Shown here one piece after another: positions 36,129 to 47,070 of a stretch of DNA of 64,000 nt (position 1 is the first letter of the stretch; each line of letters opens with the position of its first letter). A program made the translations under genes and the position numbers. The notes under the pieces are model-generated. The model was not told where the DNA came from. It worked only from the letters and a program-made list of their open reading frames with translations, and ran no database searches. Location of the stretch: contig NMRA01000186.1 of the NCBI GenBank assembly GCA_002633005.1, positions 351,479-415,478 of the forward strand, written 5' to 3'. The stretch comes from Phoronis australis. Taxonomy: Eukaryota > Animalia > Phoronida.

Positions 36129-37099
36129 ATGGCAGAACTGTGCATAATTTGCCAAACAACATGTGCAGACGAACGAAGTTTGATGGAGCACTACATGCAA
36201 CAACACAAGTGCATCCCCAGCAGTAAGTAGATCACGTGGTAGCTCGCCGAGAATTTGAGGAAAGCTGTCCTCGCCTAAGATTCGTACATTATGACTGGCA
36301 TCTGCATTATGATGAAATTCGATTTTGCTTTAACATAAATTGTTGACTAAATAGTAGCTTTCATTAATTATTAAATATAAGTCTACACTAAAAAGTATCA
36401 ATCTTATGCAGTCAACTATAAGAGCTGCCGTTTATGCTGTCATTGCCCCACTTTTTCATACATGATGTGCATAATATCTCTTTACATGCAGTAAAATAGT
36501 TGGGACGTTGGCGTTTCCAAGTTCAACACATGAGAGCACATGTATACCAATTAGTTCAATGAAGTCTACCGATCGTGGGTAGATGACTACGAGCTCAAGT
36601 CCAGCATTAGGCACGTGCTATGAGGGGAACCGTTATATACGCACCACGTACTGATACATACGTATAAGTCTGTGTGCGTTGAGCTACAATTTAAGTATAG
36701 TACCCAAATACACAAACACCGGTGTATTTTACAATATCATGTATTATAATTACAGCGTACAATGACGCGCAGAAGATGCTGATGCTGCAGTTGCAACTGC
36801 AATTAGCACAAGAGAAAACGAAGCAGTTGCAAATTGAAAAAGACCACGAGTTACGCATGCAGGAACGAGAGCTGGCACATCAAGAAGAAATGCAGGCAGC
36901 AGAGAACCAACGACGCCGGGACGACCACAAAATGGAGATGATCAGAACGTACATGAAACCGAAAGTAACAGAAAGAACCACAGTGAAGGAAGGATGGTTC
37001 TCCACAACTAGGACGACCGATAGATCGGAGACAGTTCCCGACATTGCAAGTGTCCTTGAGAAATTCAACAACGGCGGAAGGCTCGCTCTAACTCAATGA
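36129..37099 (+). CDS. ZnF-coil family gene 1, join(36129..36222,36756..37099), 145 aa: C2H2 finger + 1 helical repeat + conserved C-terminal module
   Basis: Exon 1 encodes MAELCIICQTTCADERSLMEHYMQQHKCIPS (C-x2-C-x12-H-x4-H). Donor A|GTAAGT and acceptor TTACAG| form a phase-1 intron that joins in frame to YNDAQKML...EKTKQLQIEKDHELR...KPKVTERTTVKEGWFST...ETVPDI. Confidence 0.85.
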
Positions 37100-37559
37100 A
37101 TGTAAGAACACAATCAGTTTTAAAGCCTAACTTCAACGGAATTTTGTTATTTTAGATGTACTTGGCTAACCAGGTAGCAAAACCTTGGCAAAATAAGAAA
37201 ACGCAACTGTAAGCCTGTCAAATGATAAGTGAAGCTCATTTCGTGTCCTATTGCGTCACAACAACAAAAGACCGATAACAGCTGTATTTAATAGGGGTCT
37301 GGATAGAACGTCATTGCGCGCGGGTGTTTCTCGCAGTTGTGATTCTCACGGTGACGTAAGCAAAGCAAGTCAATACACCTAACAGTTCATTACATGTGAT
37401 AATTGATAATTTTTGGCACTAGTTGGCTCAGAGCGATGCTCTTAACATATTACAGGCACTCAGAAATTTACTGGTGTTATCTTTTAAGCTAGGCCTTAAG
37501 ACATGCCTTAATTTGAAACCAGCATTGCTTTCTGATTTAGCTAGCAGCAGTAATACATC

Positions 37560-40500
37560 AAATGAAAAAGAACAAAGAGCAGACAAAAATACCGTTGTTT
37601 CCATGACATACACAACTCAATTCATGGGTAGCATTTTGCATGTAAGGATGGTCGATCGAAACTTGAAAAAGTTGCCATAATGAAATGTTAAGGCGAAGTG
37701 AGTTAAAAACAAGCCAGATTTCCTGTGAATATGAATTTATTCATGTTCAGAACAAAATTCGCTGTTCTTAAGATTTTGATTACAACCGACTGACGTTGCG
37801 TGTGAGACACGTATTGAAACCATGGCCGTTAAAATACGCTTGATATTCTGCCATTTAGTGCTGGCTGCCAGCAAAGCGAAGAGGGTGAGTTTGATTCCGC
37901 GTTTAGCCGGCGCTGATCTCAGCAAACCATTTTTCTCACTGATACTGTTGCTTTGACACTTTGAATAAATTTAGAAGTCAGTATATTTAACACATTTAGA
38001 CACTACATTGTTTATCACGTACGGCAAGAGTACCGTTCATTCTGGTAGAAGAAAGCAATGTTAATACCTCCGCCGACAAGACGAAGGTCAGGTTCTGCTT
38101 TAGCCCAAAATGAAAAGGAAAACCATGTATTTTGGAAATTCCAGAAAAACCAATATTGATTTTTCGTGGAATGCGTAACCACAATCTTATTTCTTGCGTT
38201 TAATAATAGATCATTCATCCACGCCCTGCGTCATGGGATTTTTATCGGAGGTCATGTGAAACTTTTTCATACCTTTCAGACCGAATTAATTATTTATACA
38301 GGGAAGTTTTCAGACGTTTCAAACTCAAACAACCGTGAATGAACTTCGCTTGGTACAATAGCTTCACGAACCAATTCATTTCTGCGCTATAAACTCAAGG
38401 AGAAATAAAATATGTTGCTGGGTCACCAATATTTTTATTTGGTGAAAAGAAAGAAATTTCTCCATGTTCGTTGCTTTGTTGTACATTTCTAAGCACGAAA
38501 TGGCATCATGTACGGTAGACCTGAATCGCCAAGAGCTTTCGTAAGTGAGTTACCCGTTCCTCCGTAACATTCTCGAGATTTCACTATGACTATTTTTTAT
38601 TTTAAGACTTCTTCCAGTGACAGATTTAGGGATTCGGAAGTGCCTGGTAATTCGGAAGTGCCTGTGTTTAACGGGCACAATCCTGGCTAATACTCTGCCC
38701 TGGCCCCCCTAACTCAAAATCCTGGATCCGCTGCGGCGAGTCTTGTATTGTACATGTAGCTCCGGCGTCATTTGACCAATCTGTCTGCAGTACATCTTTT
38801 TTGAGTGCTAAAAAATTAACAATAATCGTTTTTTGGTTCCGACTTAATCATTCTAGAGTTGTCAGATAATTTTACAGACACTCTCACTTCACTTGTTAAA
38901 AGCGCAATGCTAGTCGCAGTTTTGTGACTGCATTTATTATTTAAAATGCCTATTAAATTCTCATTCAATCAGAACCAAAATGATGTAGACCAATTGACTG
39001 TTTTAAAAGGTTCATCTTGGTTTCTGGTCGTTCTTGCTTCCAAAAGCAATATTTTTTATGACAGGACGTGAAGCTAGACTTCCAAATCTGGGGCGATATT
39101 TATGACAGTTCAAAATGTGAAAATAGAACCCTTGTTTATACCAAAAGCTAGATTATTTTGTCCCACGTCAATGCCTGTGCGCTCTAAAACATGACTTATA
39201 TTTATCAGTCCGAAACAAGCAAAGATAGTGATCTTCAATCACACCTACCCACGTCCGTTAACCGAAACAGATACCACAATGTATTGCCAAAAAAACCCGT
39301 GGCAGGCCCGCCACACAATCGGTGCCGATAGATAAGAACTTACACAGTAGGATATAGGACAACCCCTGGAAGGCCAACTTCGATCTCGCGCTACTGAGGC
39401 TGCGCCGAGCACACGTGGAATTAATTTGCTTTCCTTTGTTCCAGTGCACGTGTTATTGCTTTGGAATTTATTATCACTACAACATTTCGCTACTCCGCCG
39501 TTTTTCAACCGAATTGCACGTATGATTGCATCAGAGGCGAAAGGCAAATGATTTAATTCATAAATAATTTCGTATACTTGACAAGTTTAAAAGTATTTTT
39601 GATGTGAAAACCAAGACTGTTTACCAAAATGAGAAAAACAACCGAATGCTCTAGATTGATTTACGCCAGGCGTTTGATATGATTCATAGCCGTTTATGGC
39701 AACCGCTAAAGTCATATTATGTTTGCCATGTAATTTCTATGATGTAAATTTCTACGAGTCATTGTCACAAGAAAGCATTCCAAAAACATGGGCGCACTCG
39801 ATATTGGACTTGCCAATGAGCCACTTTTCACTTTCCATAACTTTTCCATCTTGAACGTGAGTTGAAGACCAATAATGATGTCGGTGTTATTTGCAGATGA
39901 TCCGGTTGTATTCTGTGAGAATTGAATTGCAACGGCCGATAAAGAAAGTTAAAGTGTATTGCATAAAATGGAAGCTAGGCATCAACATGTCAAAAACCAG
40001 AATTGTGGTATTCAGAAGAGGACACTTACGTAATTATGAAAAATGGTTCATTAATAAAGAACAAATCATTGTTGAGGCTGTACCTATTTTGCTACTAAAG
40101 GTGTCTAGACAAAAACTCAATCCAATTTAGCTGATGAGGCTGGAAAAATCTTGTTTTTGTTGAAAAAGTATATGTGATAATTGGGAAGTGTTCCTGTAAA
40201 TGTTTGGTTGCAATTGTTTGATACAAAAATACGCCCTATAATTTAATAGTCGATATCGTGTCAACCACTTTGCTAATTACGCACTTGTATTTGTTACTTC
40301 CATACTTGTATATGGGCCGGAGGTCTGAATTCTGAAATAAATTGACTTTATCCACGCATCGTCTTTACTGTCGTCGGTTCCAGCGTTGTCCTCATTATCA
40401 GTAACTACATATCAGTAACTAAAAGATTATTACAAGTTCATGTACTATACAGATAAAAAAATCATCATTGTCTTCAGCACTGAGCAGCAGTTGTGTTTAT

Positions 40501-41165
40501 CGCTTACCAAACTCATATTTCATCTAAAGACTTAAATTGATTTGTTGGCCTGTTCGAAGGCCGGCAACTGCGGGCTTCCGAATTGCACATAAAATGAAAG
40601 GTTCCCTGTCAAAACAAAACTCACTAACTTCACAAATTTATGTCATGTATCAATGACCAATTGCTATTTTAGAAATGTCAAATCAGCATTTATTTGTCTA
40701 GTCCCAATGGTGAACAATACAAAAATAAATTTGTTTACCATTGTGGCATCTAGTTGAATAATCTTTGATCATAAGACTTAACAGCACTTGTCAACTTCAC
40801 ATCAAATCAATATGGTTTCAAGACATACACTCGCCATGAGTATATCCTAAGTTTGGTGAAAATCCGTGACTCACTTTTTCAGTAGTTCCCCAGAGCCCAC
40901 ATGGCAAATCCTGAAAACGATGGCCAGAAAAGCTGGAAAAACCAATAACTGAGCTGAACGCACTGACACCGGGCATAGTCCACTAACTGAAAACGACCAT
41001 TATGTAGAATACAATTCAAGGAAACGTTTTGTAGATATAATACACATGGGAGTAAAGTTAGCATGTTTGAGTTGAAACGCATATCTCAAGAAGACTTGCA
41101 AGATTCCAATTTCTCACAGTAAACCTACACAACAGTATACAGCCTAGGTTGCATTCCATACCAAG
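37560..41165 (+). repeat. Duplicated intergenic spacer, unit A
   Basis: Collinear blocks are shared with 42082-45330, 46130-47070, 51170-54330 and 58040-60390, for example CAAAATGAAAAGGAAAACC, GGGGCGATATTTATGACAGTTCAAA and TACCCACGTCCGTTAA. Confidence 0.88.
39870..40350 (+). mobile_element. CR1/L2-group LINE 3' fragment inside unit A
   Basis: LFADDPVVF, YCIKWKLGINMSKTRIVVFRRG and LQLFDTKIRPI, ending at AATAAA near 40336. Confidence 0.65.
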
Positions 41166-41196
41166 AAAGAGAGAGGGGGAGGGAGAGGGAGAGAGA

Positions 41197-42008
41197 NNNN
41201 NNNNNNNNNNNNNNNNNNNNNNNNNNNNNNNNNNNNNNNNNNNNNNNNNNNNNNNNNNNNNNNNNNNNNNNNNNNNNNNNNNNNNNNNNNNNNNNNNNNN
41301 NNNNNNNNNNNNNNNNNNNNNNNNNNNNNNNNNNNNNNNNNNNNNNNNNNNNNNNNNNNNNNNNNNNNNNNNNNNNNNNNNNNNNNNNNNNNNNNNNNNN
41401 NNNNNNNNNNNNNNNNNNNNNNNNNNNNNNNNNNNNNNNNNNNNNNNNNNNNNNNNNNNNNNNNNNNNNNNNNNNNNNNNNNNNNNNNNNNNNNNNNNNN
41501 NNNNNNNNNNNNNNNNNNNNNNNNNNNNNNNNNNNNNNNNNNNNNNNNNNNNNNNNNNNNNNNNNNNNNNNNNNNNNNNNNNNNNNNNNNNNNNNNNNNN
41601 NNNNNNNNNNNNNNNNNNNNNNNNNNNNNNNNNNNNNNNNNNNNNNNNNNNNNNNNNNNNNNNNNNNNNNNNNNNNNNNNNNNNNNNNNNNNNNNNNNNN
41701 NNNNNNNNNNNNNNNNNNNNNNNNNNNNNNNNNNNNNNNNNNNNNNNNNNNNNNNNNNNNNNNNNNNNNNNNNNNNNNNNNNNNNNNNNNNNNNNNNNNN
41801 NNNNNNNNNNNNNNNNNNNNNNNNNNNNNNNNNNNNNNNNNNNNNNNNNNNNNNNNNNNNNNNNNNNNNNNNNNNNNNNNNNNNNNNNNNNNNNNNNNNN
41901 NNNNNNNNNNNNNNNNNNNNNNNNNNNNNNNNNNNNNNNNNNNNNNNNNNNNNNNNNNNNNNNNNNNNNNNNNNNNNNNNNNNNNNNNNNNNNNNNNNNN
42001 NNNNNNNN
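41197..42008. other. Assembly gap (812 N) flanked by (GA)n microsatellite
   Basis: Run of n; GA-rich sequence at 41165-41196 and perfect (AG)n at 42009-42080. Confidence 0.99.
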
Positions 42009-42081
<73 letters not shown>

Positions 42082-42083
<2 letters not shown>

Positions 42084-45000
42084 ACACAATTCATGGGTAG
42101 GATGGTAAATCGAAGCTTGAAAAAGATGCCATAATGAAATGTTAAGGTGAAGTGAGCTAAAAACAAACCAAATTTCCTCTCAAGATCAATAATTTTTTGC
42201 TCAGAACAAAATTTACTGTTTTTGAGATTTTGTTAAAAATCACCGATTTCCTGTACCATTTAGTGCGGACTAGGGTTTATGACCGCCAGCAAAGCTGAGG
42301 TACATAGATTTCGCGTTTGGTTGGCTCTTATTTCAGCAAACTATTTTTCTCACTGGTAATGTTGCTTTAACACTTGAATTAATTTAGAAGTCAGTGTATT
42401 TAACCCATTTCGACCCACTATAGTTTATCACATACATGTACGGCAAGAGTGCCGTTCATTGGTAGTTTTCTAGCAATGTTAATACCTCCGCGGACAAGAA
42501 AATTTTCAGAGTGCTTTACCCCAAAATGAAAAGGAAAACCATCTTGCAACAATGAACAATAGGCTAGTCACATTTTGGAAGCTCCAGAAAAACAACACTG
42601 ATTCGCGGAATAGACCAATCATCCATGTACCGCGTGGGATTTTTGTCTACTTGGTTTTCCCGTGGTCATGTAAAAACCCTTACAAACCGGATTAGTTCTT
42701 TATATTGTCAAGTTGCCACAGCAAATGATTCAAGCTCAACAACCGTGAATGAACCTGGTATAATGGGATCACGACCCAATTTATTTCTGCTCTATAAACA
42801 GAAAGACAAATATGTAGCTGTAATCGATATTCTTACTGGGTAAAACGAAATTTCTCCATAACGGACGTTTTGTTGTAAATTTTGTTTTTTTAGCTTTTAT
42901 TGTAAGTTCCCTTCGTACAGACGAAATGGAATCATATAAGGCAGAGCTCGTAAGGGCTGTCATAGGTGATTAATCCGTTCTTCGGTACGACCTACTGTTC
43001 TCGAGCTTTTACGATTACTTTTATATTTTATGACTTCTCGTGCCGTAGCTCCGGCGTCATTTGACTAATCTGTCAGAAATTTGCCACAAGAATAGATCTT
43101 GTTGGGTGCTACGAAAAGTTATCAGTAGCCGATTTTCCGACTTAACCGTTCTAGAGTTATTCGATTATTTGACCTACACTCTCAGGTGTTAAAAACGCAA
43201 TGTGAGTCGCGGTTTTGTGACTGCATTTATTATTTCCGTCAAATGCCTATTAAATTCTCATTCAGTGTCAAAATCATGTAGACGACTTTACAGTTGTAAA
43301 TTCAGGTTCGTCTTGGTTTCTAGCAGTTCTTGCTTTCAAAAGCAACCATCTTTTAATGTCGGGACGTGAAGATGGACTTCCAAATCTGGGGCGATATTTA
43401 TGACAGTTCAAATTGTGAAAACAGAACCCATGTTTAAACCAAGAGCTAAATTATTGTGTCCCACGCCAATGCCCGTGTGCTCTCAAAACATTACCTATTT
43501 TACAGTTCCAAACAAGTAAAGATAATGATCTCCCATCACATTTACCCACGTCCGTTAACCTGCACAGATAACCCAATGCATTGCCAACGAACTCCATGGT
43601 AGGCCTATCACAAAATCGGTGCCCATAGCGAGGTATAGGACACTACCCCTAGAAGCGCAACTAAGATCTCGCGTGTCTGGGGTTGCACCGAGCACGCGTG
43701 CCCCTTATCAATTCTTGGTGTATGATTCCACCAGAAGCAAGAGACAATGAGCTTATAAGTCAATTATTATTATTTCGTATACTTGGCAGGTTCAAAGTAT
43801 GTTTTAATCTGAAAACTAAGATTGTTAACAAAATGGGAAAATAACGGGGTGTAATAGCGAAGTAAAAAACTAAATGAACCAGAGAGGTTATAAACGACTA
43901 GTTAAGCCAACTGGGAAACGATTTCAACGATTCAAATCATTTCTACCCAATAAAGACAAAGATTTTAGAATAAGAGTCCCTCACAATTGCTATGAAGAAT
44001 TTAGTCAGACATTCAGGCAAAATTATACATCTTTATACATTAACTAGAACACTGGTGCCCTTTTATACAGTGACATACTTCAGTAAAAATTCAGGACTCA
44101 TTGAAATTTACAAAAATGTGATCAAATAATTACTCCAGCTATTTATCCAAAATTTGCAGATAAAGGTTTTCTGATAGATGAAAACATGGGCAAATATCTA
44201 CTATGTAGCTTTGAATTGTACTGTGGATAGCTCGTTACATTGGTTGCAGTGTAGGACTTTCCACAGAAGTCTGATGTATGATTCAGCGGGAACTGTGCTG
44301 TGGTGCTCTAGATTGATTTACGCAGGGCGTTTGATACGGTGAATAGCGATTCTTATACGTTTATGGCAACCACTAATGTTCCCCATGTTGCGCATCTGTA
44401 AAAACTCAGTGCCCGGTCATATTATGTTTACCATGTAATTCCTATGGTTTAAATTTCTAACAGTTAATTTTCACGAGAAAGCATAACAGAAAACATGGAC
44501 GTATTCGATATGGGACTTGCCAATAAGCCCCTTTTCACGTTCTATAAGGTTTCCATGCAACGTCTTTACTGTCATCGTTGCCAGACGCGTCCTCACAATT
44601 ATGCATGTATACAAATGTCATCATAGTCCTGAGCAGTGATCGGCTATTGTGTTAATCGCTTAACAAACTCAAATTTCATCTAAATATTTGAATTCATTAT
44701 CAGCCACTTCGAAGGCCGGCCACTGGACCTTCCAAATTACACATTAAATGAAAGGTTTCGTGTCAAAACAAAACTCACACATTGATGACATGTATTGATG
44801 ACCAATTGATACAGTGTATTTCAGAAATGTCAAATCTTCATTGAAATGACGAACCTCAATGCAAAAATGATTTTTTTTTATCTTTGTTGGTGATGAGTAA
44901 TACACGATCGTAAGAAATAGAAGAACTTTACGTTAAGTCAATGTGGTTTCAAGATCTAGACTCGCCTTATGTGTATCCTAAAAGATTTGTGAAAATCTGT

Positions 45001-45330
45001 GACTCACTTTTTCAGTAGTTCCCCAGAGCCCACATGGCAAATCATGAAAACGATTTCCAGAAAATCTTGGCAAATCATGAAAACGATTGCCAGAAAATCT
45101 GGAAAAACCATTAACTGAGCTGAGCGTACTGACACAGGCATTGTCCAGTAACTAAAGACGGCCATTACAGTATGTAGCAGGCATTGGACGGTAAGGTTAC
45201 AAGACATTTGAAAGTAAAGTTAGCATGTTTGGCTTGAAATGCATATCTCAGGAAGACTTGAAAGATCCCAATTTCTCACAGGAAACCTGAACAACACCAC
45301 GCAGCCTCGACTGCGTTCCATTTTTTAACC
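42082..45330 (+). repeat. Duplicated intergenic spacer, unit B
   Basis: Starts CAATTCATGGGTAG...AAAAGATGCCATAATGAAATGTTAAGG like 37618-37693. Ends GACTCACTTTTTCAGTAGTTCCCCAGAGCCCACATGGCAAATC...CAATTTCTCACAG like 40868-41119. Confidence 0.88.
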
Positions 45331-45419
45331 ACATCTTGGAACACCAAGAAATAACAAGAACAACAGACTGAGAGAGAAAGCAAGTCGTGATTTAATTAAA
45401 CATCAACATTCAATATTTA

Positions 45420-46110
45420 CGTTTAAATATGAATTAACGTTTATTCATACTCGAGGCCATCGGCCCACGGTACTTACATATCAAACACAACAATAAAATA
45501 CAGTGAATACGCATACGCATGTGTAGTAGTTTCAATCCTCAAGTAGTTTTTGTTTTAAAACAGAAGTGTGGTATACAATTTGATTAGGTTTCTAAGCACA
45601 CTGGGATCAGAAATTTCCATTAATCTTAACGTAGAAAATATATCTGAAACTAAATAAGGCGATCCAGATCCTCCCAAGGATAATATTGTTTCATGAATTG
45701 AAGAATATAAATCGGAAAATAAAACAACAAGAATGGATCAACTGAAATCCACCATTAGTCGGATTGCTCCAATGTATTCAAGGTAACATTCTACTTCTCT
45801 AATCATCATAACATGGACATATTCAGATAAAGTGATATTCATTCTCAATAAATTTTTAACCAAGGTTCTGTTTACATAAAGAAGAACATATTCGGAGGAC
45901 TTCATCGATTGGTAAGCTTCGACCTACCTCGACCATCAGTCTCTGATTTGAACGACGGAATCTTGCAGCGAGGTAACTCAAAAGAAAAATATGTTTCAAG
46001 AGTAAACGTCGTTTTGAAAAGTGGATATGTACACACTTTCAAGTTATTTTGCACGTCTGTGTTCCATTCTTGCAAAAAGCAATCATTGACTCTTCGTTCA
46101 AGGGTACTTA
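45420..46110 (-). mobile_element. Probable CR1/L2-group LINE 3' end separating units B and C
   Basis: On the minus strand, GGGCCGATGGCCTCGAGTATGAATAAAC resembles the 3' end at 40313-40341. The coding remnants are very degenerate. Confidence 0.4.
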
Positions 46111-46129
46111 GGAATAATTTTTTTCATCC

Positions 46130-47070
46130 GACGCCTTGTTCAAAGCAGCAAACTGTATTTTTTCTCACTGATAATGTCGAGTTAGTATACTTAAACAAGT
46201 TTTTAAATTCCACCACATTCAGAAAATTTAACGAAAAAATATCCAATAGCCTAAACTGCATATTATTACACGCGACCTATTTCTATCAACGTTAATACCT
46301 CTGCGGACAACAAAAAGGTCACACATTCTTTTACCCCAAAATGAAAAAGAAAGCCATCTTGCAAGAGTGAGGAGGCTAGTCACAATTTTGAAATTCCAGA
46401 AAAAGCAATGCTGATACTTGGAAAGTGTAACCACAATCATAAAGGTTTTATAGCCTTTCAGTTTGTGTTTTTCAATACATGTTGATTAATCACCCATGCA
46501 CCGCGTCATGGGATTTTTTCGATTTGTTTTTCCCCCATGTAATGTAAAAAACCCTTACAAACTTTCCAGTTAATTAACGACCTCAATAGGTACCACGTGT
46601 CCATGACTCAATTCACCTCAAGGAAAATAGATATTGTTGAGTGCAACAAAAGGTTAACAGCAACCGTTGTCTGGTTCCGACATAACAGTTCTCGAGTTTA
46701 CTGGATTGCTTGTTAAACGCGGCATGTGAGTCGCGGTTTCGTGGATACATTTGCTATTCAAAATACCTATTAAATTCTCCATCAATGCCAAAATGGTTAA
46801 GACCACTTCACCGTTATAAATCAGGCTAATCTTTGTTTCTAATCGTTCTTGCTTCCAAATGCAATCACATGGTACATGTGGGTCGTAAAGCTGAACTTCC
46901 GAACCTGGGGCGATATTTATGACAGTTCAAAACTTGAAAATAGAACCCATGTTTATAGCTGAGCTAGAACAGTGCGTCCCATGTCAATGCTTCTGAACTC
47001 TAAAACATGACCTATATCCATGCATCCGATACAAATAGAGACCTCCCATCACGTCTGTTAATCTGAACAG
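46130..47070 (+). repeat. Duplicated intergenic spacer, unit C (partial, cut by a LINE)
   Basis: Shares AAATTCC(A/G)CCACATTCAGAAAATTT with unit D (51624), plus CCCAAAATGAAAAAGAAAG and GGGGCGATATTTATGACAGTTCAAA. Confidence 0.82.

Noticed and set aside
36300-36365. Intronic C/D snoRNA (ATGATGA box) explaining the intron conservation
   Set aside because: The C box is not conserved in genes 2 and 3 (CCATGA), and there is no consistent D box or terminal stem.
40868-41160. Possible exon at the end of units A and B (TTTTTCAG|...ATGGCAAATC)
   Set aside because: Stops occur in all plus-strand frames of unit A, and unit B has a frame-breaking internal duplication; no recognisable product.
37560-41165. 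Spacer unit as a Helitron or other transposon carrying the genes
   Set aside because: I found no TC...CTRR ends with hairpin, TIRs or TSDs; unequal crossing-over is the simpler explanation.
41058-42166. Four 319-343-aa ORFs in the track
   Set aside because: Artefacts of translating the N gap and the (GA)n microsatellite.
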